A stretch of 64,000 nt of DNA from Ranitomeya imitator (taxonomy: Eukaryota), in contig NC_091286.1 in NCBI RefSeq assembly GCF_032444005.1, positions 167,400,001-167,464,000 of the forward strand, given 5' to 3'. Below, piece after piece: positions 37,408 to 48,797 of this stretch; the stretch's first letter is position 1; each line of letters starts with the position of its first letter. Below the pieces are notes generated by a model that was not told the origin of the DNA, made no database searches, and saw only the letters and a program-made list of their open reading frames with translations. A program made the position numbers and the translations under genes.

Positions 37408-37911
37408 TACGGTATTTCGTCCTCTCCCTGGAGAACACGCTCTGTTACAGCCTGTTATTGCCGCCTCTCACCGTCTCCGCTCCGGGATCCATATGCCGGG
37501 CCTGCTGTCATCCATGTGAGCGCACTCTGTCCCGCCAACATGGCCGCCGCCAGTAGGATTGTTGGCGGGAGGAGTGAGGAGACGGGGGCTGCAGAGAGGA
37601 GCGAGGGGAGACTGAGAGCGACTGACAGAAGAGAGGGGAGACGGGCTCTCTACAAAGTATTAAAAATGAACATTTTATTTATGATGACATTAATTTATCT
37701 TCAATACTTTTGAGCTATTGAAATGAGGAGGCTTTATAGAACATTTGCAATTCCCAAATATTTCACAGAAAATTTTTGTTCAATCCCTTTATTAACCCTG
37801 AAAGTCAGCACTTCAATTGCATCTCAGTTGTTTCATTTTAAATCCAAAATAGTGGCATGTAGAGGCCAAATCATGAAGATTTGGTCACTGTACAAATACT
37901 TTTAAAACTAA

Positions 37912-39720
37912 TCTAATATATAATGCTGAATGTGTGTGTGTGTCCGGGATTGGCATCTGCACCGTCGCAGCTACAGCCACAAAATTTTGCACAGTAACAC
38001 GTCTGGACCCCGAGAGCGTCATACGCTATGCTGTGAGGCGAAATTTTAACCCCGCACATTCCAATTCACCAAACAATTTTGCCCCTATCTACATAATGAG
38101 GAAAAAGTGAAAGGAAAAGTGTTGGAGGCAAATTGACAGCTGCCAGATGTGAACAAGGGGGACTTAAAGGGAACCTGTCACCCCGTTTTTTCAGATTGAG
38201 CTATAAATACTGTTAAATAGGGCCTGCGCTGTGTGTTACTATAGTGTATGTAGTGTACCCCGATTCCCCACCTATGCTGAGAAATAACTTACCAAAGTCG
38301 CCGTTTTCGCCTGTCAATCAGGCTGGTCAGGTCGGGAGGGCGTGTTCACAGCGCTGGTTCTTCCTCAGCTTTACGTTGGTGGCGTAGTGGTGAACAAGCA
38401 GCGCGCGATCTGCGCTGTCATCCCTTTCGTCGGTGGGGGCGGCCATCTTCCTGGGGCCGAGTTTGCATCTCGGCTTTGGGAAAATGGCCGCCGCGATCTC
38501 TAATGCGCACGCGCGGCATCCCGCGGCCATTTTCCTGAAGCCCCGTGCAGCAGAGCACTCGATCTGCGCACGCGCGGCCCCAGGAAGATGGCCGCCCCCA
38601 CCGACGAAAGGGATGACAGCGCAGATCGCGCGCTGCTTGTTCACCACTACGCCACTACGCCACCAACGTAAAGCTGAGGAAGAACCAGCGCTGTGAACAC
38701 GCCCTCCCGACCTGACCAGCCTGATTGACAGGCGAAAACGGCGACTTTGGTAAGTTATTTCTCAGCATAGGTGGGGAATCGGGGTACACTACATACACTA
38801 TAGTAACACACAGCGCAGGCCCTATTTAACAGTATTTATATCTCAATCTCAAAAAACGGGGTGACAGGTTCCCTTTAAAGAATGAGAGCGATGGCGCCAA
38901 GGAGTATATACCGTACAGTTGCTAAGGTAGGGCCCCGACATGGGATACTCACCACACACGGAGATATGAACACACACAAAATGCGCCACACACTACCACG
39001 TGCTTGAACACATATACCACCCTCAGCACACAGTTCACCACACATACACCAACCTTGCCACATAAATTGTCGAAACACAAAAGTCGACGCGCAAAACTCG
39101 CCACATGCAAAACTAGCCTCACGCAAAACTCGCCACACCTGCAAAACTCATCTCATGGAAAACACTCACATGCAAAACTTGCACACGTGGAAAAATTGCC
39201 ACATGCACAAAAGTTGCAACACATGCAAAAGTTGCCTCACACAAAACTTGCACATACTCAAAAAGCACCACACATAAAACTCGCTAAGTGCAAAACTCGC
39301 CTTGCACAAAACTTGCTGCACACAACTTGCTACAGTAACCTGTCACATGCAACTCAACACACAAAAAGTTGCTACACGCATGTCGCCACACAAAACTCAT
39401 CTCACAAAAGTCGCTACATGCATGTCGTCACATGCAACTCAACACACACAACTTGACACATGAAACTCGCCCTAAAACACACACAAGTCTGGTATTATCC
39501 TTCAAAAATAAAAATCTGATTAATAAGCAGACGAACTACAAGAGCAACAACTGTACCATATAGGAAATACGGCAGCTGTCAGTCACATGACCTGTCTATT
39601 ATGTGTATGTGTGAGCTAATATAGACTGCCAGGGGGAGGGATTTCTGGTGGCTGGGGATTTATCAGGCTGCCAATTTAGCTTACAAATACTGAGGTAAAA
39701 ATACTGACCAAATAACGTGT
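37912..39720 (+). mobile_element. Helitron-like non-autonomous element, 3' truncated, containing a T2 MITE and a minisatellite (~39060-39470)
   Basis: A|TCTAATATATAATGCTG start followed by a (TG)n stretch. Flanks rejoin at TTAA around the MITE. No 3' CTAG seen. Confidence 0.6.
38168..38874. mobile_element. Complete T2/Kolobok-type MITE, 707 bp, with ~290-bp inverted arms
   Basis: TTAA|AGGGAACCTGTCAC...GTGACAGGTTCCCT|TTAA. The arms are near-perfect reverse complements. Confidence 0.93.
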
Positions 39721-42700
39721 GGAAGGAAGTAGGTAATGATGAGGCATTAAATAAATACAGAAAATTAAATAAATTCTGTAAAAAGCAAGTCAAGGCAGCA
39801 AAAATTGAGACGGAGAGACTCATTGCCAGAGAGAGTAAAAATAATCCCCAAATATTCTTTGACTACGTAAATATTAAGAAACTAAAAAATGATAGTGTTG
39901 GCCCCCTTAAATATAGTCTGGGTGAAATGGTGGATGAGGATGAGGAAAAAGCCATCAGTATTTACACAAGAAAATTCCATGGCAGACAATATGATCAGTG
40001 ATAACAAAAATTCCCCATTAAATGTCACCTGCTTAACCCAGCAGGAAGTACGTCGGCGTCTAAAATTCACTAAAATTGACAAATCTCCAGGCCCGGATGG
40101 GATACACCCTGGAGTACTGCAGGAAATAAGTACAGTCATTGATAGGCCATTATTTTTAATCTTTAACCCCTTTACCCCAAAGGTGGTTTGCACGTTATGG
40201 ACCGGGCCAATTTTTACAATTCTGACCACTGTCCCTTTATGAGGTTATAACTCTGGAACGCTTCAACGGATCCAGGTGATTCTGACATTTTCTCGTGACA
40301 TATTGTACTTCATGATAGTGGTAAAATTTCTTTGATATTACCTGCGTTTATTTGTGAAAAAAACGGAAATTTGGCGAAAATTTTGAAAATTTCGCAATTT
40401 TCCAAATTTGAATTTTTATGCAATTAAATCACAGAGATATGTCACACAAAATACTTAATAAGTAACATTTCCCACATGTCTACTTTACATCAGCACAATT
40501 TTGGAACCAAAATTTTTTTTTTGCTAGGGAGTTATAAGGGTTAAAAGTTGACCAGCAATTTCTCATTTTTACAACACCATTTTTTTTAGGGACCACATCT
40601 CATTTGAAGTAATTTTGAGGGGTCTATATGATAGAAAATACCCAAGTGTGACACCATTCTAAAAACTGCACCCCTCAAGGTGCTCAAACCACATTCAAGA
40701 AGTTTATTAACCCTTTAGGTGTTTCACAGGAATTTTTGGAATGTTTAAATAAAAATGAACATTTAACTTTTTTTCACAAAAATTTACTTCAGCTCCAATT
40801 TGTTTTATTTTACCAAGGGTAACAGGAGAAAATGGACCCCAAAAGTTGTTGTACAATTTGTCCTGAGTACGCTGATACCCCATATGTGGGAGTAAACCAC
40901 TGTTTGGGCGCATAGGAGAGCTCGGAAGGGAAGGAGTGCCGTTTAACTTTTAAATGCAAAATTGACAGGAATTGAGATGGGACGCCATGTTGCGTTTGGA
41001 GAGCCACTGATGTGCCTAAACATTGAAACCCCCCCACAAGTGACACCATTTTAGAAAGTAGACCCCCTAAGGAACTTATCTAGATGTGTGATGAGCACTT
41101 TGACCAACCAAGGGCTTCACAGAACTTTATAATGCAGAGCCGTAAAAATAAAACAAACATTTTTTCCCACAAAAATTATTTTTTAGCCCCCAGTTTTGTA
41201 TTTTTCCAAGGGTAACAGGAGATTTTGGACCCTAAATATTGTTGTCCAATTTGTCCTGAGCTACTCGATATGTGGGGGGAACCACCGTTTGAGCGCATGG
41301 CAGAGCTCGGAAGGGAAGAAGCATCATTTGGAATGCAGACTTAGATGGATTGGTCTGCATGCGTCACATTGCGTTTGCAGAGCCCCATATGTACCTAAAC
41401 AGTAGAAACCCCCCACAAGTGACCTCATATTGGAAACTAGACCCCCCAAGGACCTTATCTAGATGTGTTGTGAGAACTTTGAACCCCCAAGTGTTTCACT
41501 ACAGTTTATAACGCAGAGCCGTGAAAATAAAAATAAAAAAATTTTCCCCAAAAATTATTTTTTAGCCCCTAGTTTTGTATTTTCCCGAGGGTAACAGGAG
41601 AAATTGGACCCCGCAAGTTGTTGTCCAATTTGTCCTGAGTACGCTGATACTCCATATGTTGGGGTAAACCCCTGTTTGGGCACACGGGAGAGCTCGGAAG
41701 GGAAGGAGCACTGTTTTACTTTTTCAACGCAGAATTGGCTGGAATTGAGATCGGACGCCATGTCGCGTTTGGAGAGCCCCTGATGTGCCTAAACAGTGGA
41801 AACCCCCCCCAATTATAACTGAAAGCCTAATCCAAACACACCCCTAACCCTAATCCCAACAGTAACCCTAACTACACCTCTAACCCTGACACACCCCTAA
41901 CCCTAATCCCAACCCTATTCCCAACCGTAAATGTAATCCAAACCCTAACCCTAACTTTAGCCCCAACCCTAACCCTAACTTTAGCCCCAACCCTAACTGT
42001 AGCCTTAACCCTAGCCCCAGCCCTAGCCCTAACCCTAACCCTAATGGGAAAATGGAAATAAATACATTTTTTTAATTTTTCCCTAACTAAGGGGGTGATG
42101 AAGGGGGGTTTGATTTACTTTTATAGCGTGTTTTTTAACGGATTTTTATGATTGGCAGCCGTCACACACTGAAAGACGCTTTTTATTGCAAAAAATTTTT
42201 TTTGCATTACCACATTTTGAGAGCTGTAGTTTTTCCATATTTTGGTCCACAGAGTCATGTGAGGTCTTGTTTTTTGCGGGACGAGTTGACGTTTTTATTG
42301 GTAACATTTTTGGGCATGTGACTTTTTTTATCGCTTTTTATTCCGATTTTTGTGAGGCAGAATGACCAAAAACCAGCTATTCATGAATTTCTTTTGGGGG
42401 AGGTGTTTACACCGTTCCGCGTTTGGTAAAATGGATAAAGCAGTTTTATTCTTCGGGTCAGTACGATTACAGCGTCACCTCATTTATATCTTTTTTTATG
42501 TTTTGGCGCTTTTATACGATAAAAACTATTTTATAGAAAAAACAATTATTTTGCATCGCTTTATTCTGAGGACTATAACTTTTTTATTTTGCTGATGATG
42601 CTGGATGGCGGCTCGTTTTTTGCGGGACAAGATGACGCTTCCAGCGGTACCATGGTTATTTATATCTGTCTTTTTGATCGCGTGTTATTACACTTTTTGT

Positions 42701-44582
42701 TCGGCGGTATGATAATAAAGGTTGTTTTTTGCCTCGTTTTTTTTTCTTACGGTGTTTACCGAAGGGGTTAACTAGTGGTCCAGTTTTATAGGTTGGGTCG
42801 TTACGGACGCGGCGATACTAAATATGTGTACTTTTATTGTTTTTTTTTATTTTATTTAGATAAAGAAATGTATTTATGGGAATAATATATATATATATTT
42901 TTTCATTATTTAGGGCACTTGGTAAGCCACCTCCCTCCCTGCAGGACCCGGATGCCGTGGCCATCTTGGATCCGGGCCTGGATCAGGGAGGGAGGTAAGG
43001 AGACCCTCACAGCAACCCTGCGCGATGCTTCCCTGTACCGCCGGCACACCGCGATCATGTTTGATCGCGGTGTGCCGGGGGCGGTCCATGACCGCTCCTG
43101 GTTCATTGCGCCGGATGTCAGCTGCGATAGGCAGCTGACACCCGGCCGCGATCGGCCGCGCTCCCCCCGTGAGCGCGGCCGATCGCGCTGGACGTACTAT
43201 TCCGTCCTTGGGAAGTAGGGCCCACCCCACATGGACGGAATAGTACGTCCAGTGGCAGAAAGGGGTTAAAGACTCCATAATAACAGGGTCTGTACCACAG
43301 GACTGGCGTATAGCAAATGTAGTGCCAATATTCAAAAGGGGGCAAAAACTGAACTCGGAAATTATAGGCCAGTAAGCTTAACCTCTACTGTGGGTAAAAT
43401 CCTGGAGGGCATTCTAAGAGATGCTATGCTGGAGTATCTGAAGAGGAATAACCTCATGACCCAATATCAACATGCGTTTACTAGGGACCGTTCCTGTCAG
43501 ACAAATCTGATCAATTTCTATGAACAGGTAAGTTTCGGACTGGACCAAGGGAATGCAATGGACGTAGTGTATATGGACTTTTCAAAAGCTTTTGATACGG
43601 TGCCACACAAAAGGTTGATACATAAAATGAGTGTAATGGGGATAAGGGAAATTATGTGTAAGTGGGTTAAGAGCTGGCTCAGGGATAGGAAACAAAGGGT
43701 GGTTATTAATGGAGCACACTCGGACTGGGTCGCGGTTAGCAGTGGGGTACCACAGAGGTCAGTATTGGGCCCTCTTCTTTTTAACATATTTATTAATGAC
43801 CTTGTAGCGGGCTTACAGTGCAGAATTTCAATTTTTGCAGATGACACTAAACTCTGCAGGATAATCAATACAGAGGAGGACAGTTTTATATTACAGGATG
43901 ATTTATGTAAACTAGAAGCTTGGGCTGACGAATGGCAAATGAGCTTTAATGGGGATAAATGTAAGGTCATGCACTTGGGTAGAAGTAATAAGATGTATAA
44001 CTGTGCTTAATTCTAAAACTCTGGGCAAAACCGTCAATGAAAAAGACCTGGGTGTATTGGTGGTTGACAAAATCACATTTAGTGGCCAGTGTCAGGCAGC
44101 TGCTACAAAGGCAAATAAAATAATGGGATACATTAAAAGAGGCATAGATGCTCATGAGGAGAACATAATTTTACCTCTATACAAGTCACTAGTTCGACCA
44201 CACTTAAAATACTGTGTACAGTTCTGGTTTCCGGTGTATAAGAAAGACATAGCTGAACTAGAGCGGGTGCAGAGAAGAGCGGCCAAGGTTATTAGAGGAC
44301 TGGGGGGTCTGCAATACCAAGATAGGTTATTACACTTGGGGCTATTTAGTTTGGAAAAACGAAGGCTAAGGGGTGATCTTATTTTAATGTATAAGTATAG
44401 GGGACAGTACAAAGACCTTTCTGATGATCTTTTTAATCATAGACCTAAGACAGGGACAAGGGGGCATCCTCTACGTCTGGAGGAAAGAAGGTTTACGCAT
44501 AACAGACGCGGGATCTTTACTGTAAGAGCAGTGAGACTATGGAACTCTCTGCCGTATGATGTTGCAATGAGTGATTCATTAC
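39712..44582 (+). mobile_element. CR1 LINE ORF2 fragment, split by copy B and ended by a T2 arm
   Basis: KSPGPDGIHP, LIF|KDSIITGSVPQDW across TTAA, DFSKAFDTVPH, SGVPQ.SVLGP, FADDTKL and ERVQRRA. Confidence 0.92.
40167..43265 (+). mobile_element. piggyBac-like non-autonomous element, complete copy B (3,099 bp)
   Basis: TTAA at 40163-40166 and 43266-43269. About 3 array units (40820-41820) and a CCCTAA tract (~41830-42045). Confidence 0.92.
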
Positions 44583-44586
44583 TTAA

Positions 44587-44745
44587 AGGGAACCTGTCAC
44601 CTGAATTTGGCGAGACCGGTTTTCGGTCATATGGGCGGAGTTTTCGGGTGTTTGATTCACCCTTTCCTTACCCGCTGGCTGCATGCTGGCCGCAATATTG
44701 GATTGAAGTTAATTCTCTGCCCTCCGTAGTACACGTCTGCATGAA
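44587..44745. mobile_element. T2/Kolobok-type MITE, left arm only
   Basis: TTAA|AGGGAACCTGTCAC. Confidence 0.7.
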
Positions 44746-44777
44746 TGAATATTATTAGCAGAATAAATTTCAGGCTA

Positions 44778-46662
44778 ACACAAAAGGAAAAAAAAAAAAA
44801 AAATGGAGAGAAACCAGCTCACCTACTAGGCATTTGTTGTGGGGGAAGCCCGGATGCCGTGCAGTCTTCACGTGAAACAATAGAACAAAATAGAAGAGAA
44901 AATCCAGCTTCCAAAAATATCCAATTTATTAAAGTTAAAATCCAAGGTCCAAAAACATGGTTCACAGGAGAGGAGATAGCAGCATGCTACGCGTTTCGAA
45001 CACTAGGTTCTTTTTCAAAGCTGCCTACTATGCACCAGAATGAGGTTTAAATAGCAACTGTGACCAATCACAGTGAATTAATCCACACCTGATACATCAG
45101 TAATTATATACAATAAAAACGCAATAATATTGCAAAAGAGAAAAACAAAGAAAATATATAATACAGACATATAAAAAACATATAATATAACTAAACAGCA
45201 TTGATCTCTCAGTAATGAAACATGATTTCCTTGCGAGCATTTAAACCCATGGGATAGCAAGTGTTAAGGCAAAACATCCAGTAGGCTTCACGCGTCATTA
45301 AGCGTCTTTTCAGATCTCCTCCTCTGGCTGTTATCAGAAGCTTTTCAATGCCGACAACCCGAAGGAATGCAGTATCTCTTTGATGACTGATAATAAAATG
45401 CTTAGAGGCGTGAGACATAGAGCGATTATTATTAGTAGAAACAACAATGTCAGTGATATGTTCAGAAATACGCGTCTTTAACATGCGAGTAGTGCAACCT
45501 ATATAACTTAAATTACATTTAATGCATGTTATCATATAAACTACATTCTTACTATTGCAGTTAATAAATTGCTGAATTTTGTGTTCATGTCTGTTACTAC
45601 TATCAGTAAAGGAATGCATAACAATGGAATGCGCACATGTGCGACATTTAGAAGCACCACAATGATAAAAGCCTTTATGATGTAACCATGTGTGGGAGAC
45701 CTTGCTAGATTTAAATAGGCTGGGTGAAAGAATATCAGACAAAGTGGTAGCCTTTTTTGCAATCACCTGACAGCCTGAAGACAGAATTTTGGAGAGAATC
45801 TCATCCTCATAAAGAATAGGAATGTTTTTCAAAATAAGAGATTTGATGTTATTGTATTGAGGACTGTATTTAATGGAGCAGAAATTTTTTTGGTTTTGAT
45901 GCAATTTACTCTTATTTTTAGATAACAGCATGTCACTGCGTTTTTTATGTTGTACTATATTTTTGGCTCTATCCAGAGACCAATTAGAGTAGCCTCTTTT
46001 TTTCTAATTTTTTACAACACAAATCAGTCTCTTGCTTTAAAATGCTAGCATCACTACAATTTCTGGTTATTCTAGTCAGCTCACCCACTGGTATAGACTT
46101 TATTGTATGTCCAGGATGACTGCTGGACGCATGTAAAATACTATTACCAGATAAAGGTTTATGAAATGTGGAAGTGGCAATACCAGAGCCAACAGTACTA
46201 TGCAGCATCAAGTCCAAAAAGGAAATCATGTGTGAATTATGGCTGCATGTAAAACAAAGATTAAATTCATTAGAATTGAGATAACTGAGGAACTCCGGTA
46301 TGGTAGATTCATCGCCACTCCATATGAGGAGCAAATCATCGATATATCTACCATACCAGAATATGTCCATCAAAAATGGATTACGATCCGAATAAAGAAA
46401 TAATTCCTCCCAATATGACATTACCAAATTAGCAACGGATGGTGAATGTTTGCCTCCCATAGAAACTCCTTTACATTGGAGAAAAAACTGCTATTTAAAC
46501 CTCATTCTGGTGCATAGTAGGCAGCTTTGAAAAAGAACCTAGTGTTCGAAACGCGTAGCATGCTGCTATCTCCTCTCCTGTGAACCATGTTTTTGGACCT
46601 TGGATTTTAACTTTAATAAATTGGATATTTTTGGAAGCTGGATTTTCTCTTCTATCTTGTTC
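44778..46662 (-). mobile_element. 5'-truncated Penelope-like element with inverted 5' pLTR copy and 14-bp TSD
   Basis: RT MGGKHSPSVANL...RYIDD; GIY-YIG NVVYMITC..CNLSYIGCT. TAAATTTCAGGCTA at 44764-44777 and 46663-46676. 46490-46664 is the reverse complement of 44881-45055. Confidence 0.92.
46521..46560 (+). ncRNA. Candidate minimal hammerhead ribozyme, U3:A8 core variant (second copy on minus at ~44985-45024)
   Basis: UUGAAAA-A-GAAC/CUAGU/GUUC-GAAA-CGCG-UA. Helix I register is imperfect. Confidence 0.55.
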
Positions 46663-46765
46663 TAAATTTCAGGCTATTGGTTCAACCCTCCACAAAGTCA
46701 GTCTCTCATATTGTCTTTCGGGAAAAATAATTGCCCACTCATGTACTATGGTATTCTAGTATGGA

Positions 46766-47075
46766 CAGTGAGGAAAAAAAATATTTAGTCAGCCACCAAT
46801 TGTGCAACTTCTCCCACTTAAATAGATGAGAGAGGCCTGTAATTGCCATCATAGGTAGCCCACAACTATGAGAGTCAAAATTGAGAGAACAAATCCAGAA
46901 AATCACCTTGTCTGATTTGGCAAGTTTTATTTTTCAAATTATGGTGGAAAATAAGTATATGGTCACCTAAAAACATGCAAGATTTCTGTCTCTCACAGAC
47001 CTGTATCTTCTATAAGAGGCTCCTCTGTCCTCCACTCATTACCTGTAGTAATGGCGCCTGTTTGAACTTATCAGT
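46766..47075 (+). mobile_element. Tc1 left-end fragment
   Basis: CAGTGAGGAAAAAAAATATTTAGTCAGCC plus an inner repeat GAAAATAAGTATATGGTCACC. Confidence 0.65.
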
Positions 47076-47199
47076 TTACCCCACAAATATGAACCCCACT
47101 TTCCACCGCTACAGGGCAAGTGGGAAGAGCCAGGCAAAGCACCAGAATTGGCAGTTTTCAGTGGCATTTAAATGGAATGCACACACAGTTTACATTTGG

Positions 47200-48486
47200 T
47201 TCCACATAGTGTGATCACAGGGGACCGATGGGTTAATATTACCTATGAGTTATTATGAAGACCTCCTGTCGCTGTTATCTCGATCTTCCTGTGAAGCTCA
47301 GCTGCAGGCTGAACTCTACAGGAGACTGAGATTTTTCTCTATACTGTAATACTACAGTAATAAGCGATCAAACGACCACAAGTTCTAGTCCCCCAATCGG
47401 TCTAAAACATAATTTAAAGAAAAAAGTTTTTACTAATATAAAAGTTCAAAAAAATAAACAATTGATATTGCCGCATTTGATAAAAGTCCGATCTATTAAA
47501 TTTTTGAATTAATTACCATAACCTAAGCGGTGGGGCTAAAACAACATTTTTGTGGTAAAAATGTAATAATTTTTTCTCCACTGCCGAATGGAATAAAATT
47601 CTGTCATGTCAATATGATCACTGGACCCCTAGATAAAATCATTGAGAGGTGAAGTTTGTAAAATCGGGTCACTTATGGGGGCTTCTGCTTTTCTGGCACC
47701 TCAGGGGCTATCCCACTGGGTCATGGCACCCGCAAACCCTTTACAGTAAAATCTGCAATATATTATGGCAGCCCTTTCCTTCTGAGTTTTGCAGTGTGTC
47801 TCAAACGTAGTTCCCAATTACATGCAGGATATTGGCGTACTCGGGAGAAATTGCATAACAAACTGAGATGTCTATTTTTTCCTATTATCCCTTTTAAAAA
47901 TTAAACATTTGGCGCTAAAAGAACTTTTAGCCGTAAAAATTTAATTATTCTTTCTTCACCACCATGGTGTAAATTTCTGTGAGGCACATGTGGTGTCAAC
48001 ATGCTCTCTGCACTCCTAGATGAATTAATTGAGAGGTATAGTTTGTAAAATGGCATGACTTATGGGGGGGGGGGGGGGGGTTCTGTTGTTCTGGCACCTC
48101 AGGGGCTCTGTCAATGTGACATGTTACCCTCAAATCATTCCAGCAAATTATGAACTCCAATATGGAGTTTCTTTCCTTCTGAGATTTTCACTGTGCCTCA
48201 AAAGTAGTTTTCGACCACCTATGGGGTATCTGTGTACTCAAAAGAAATCGCACAACAAATTGTATGGTGCAATTTTTGCTGTTACCCTTGTGGAAATAAA
48301 AAAAAATTTGGCTAAAAGAACACTTTTTGAGAAAATTAGATTTATTTGCATATCTCAACTTTATAAATGTCTGTGAAGCACCTGGGGGTTTCAAGGTGCT
48401 CGCCACACATTTAGATACATTTCTTGAGGGGTCTAGTTTCCAAAATGGGGTCACTTATGGAGGGTTTCCACTATTTAGGCAAATCA
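47200..48486 (-). mobile_element. Older, diverged member of the ~390-bp-array TTAA family
   Basis: Diverged array motifs, e.g. GAGGGGTCTAGTTTCCAAAATGGGGTCACTT at ~48427. Confidence 0.6.
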
Positions 48487-48797
48487 TCTACTATATAATT
48501 GTCTATGGGTCACTTCCATCTGTCTGACACGGATATTCATTGGTCGCGGCCTCTGTCTGTCATGGAAATCCAAGTCGCTGATTGGTCGTGGCAAAACGCC
48601 CACGACCATTGCCACAACCAATCAGCGACGGCCATAGTCTAGCAGCGAAATGGCCGCTGCTTTACTGCCCTGCAGTCAGCGCTGAGCGCTCACACAGGGT
48701 TAATGCCAGTGTTAACGGACCGCGGTGTAACGCACTCCGTTAACGCAGCTATTAACCCTGTGTTACCAACTTTTTACTATTGATGCTGCGTATCAGC
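48487..48797 (+). mobile_element. Helitron/HINE-like element, copy 1 (5' part only)
   Basis: A|TCTACTATATAATTGTCT with a GTCT microsatellite. Reverse complement of the 5' part of copy 2. Confidence 0.75.

Noticed and set aside
38327-38696. Paired 106-aa and 87-aa ORFs on opposite strands
   Set aside because: An artefact of the palindromic T2 MITE.
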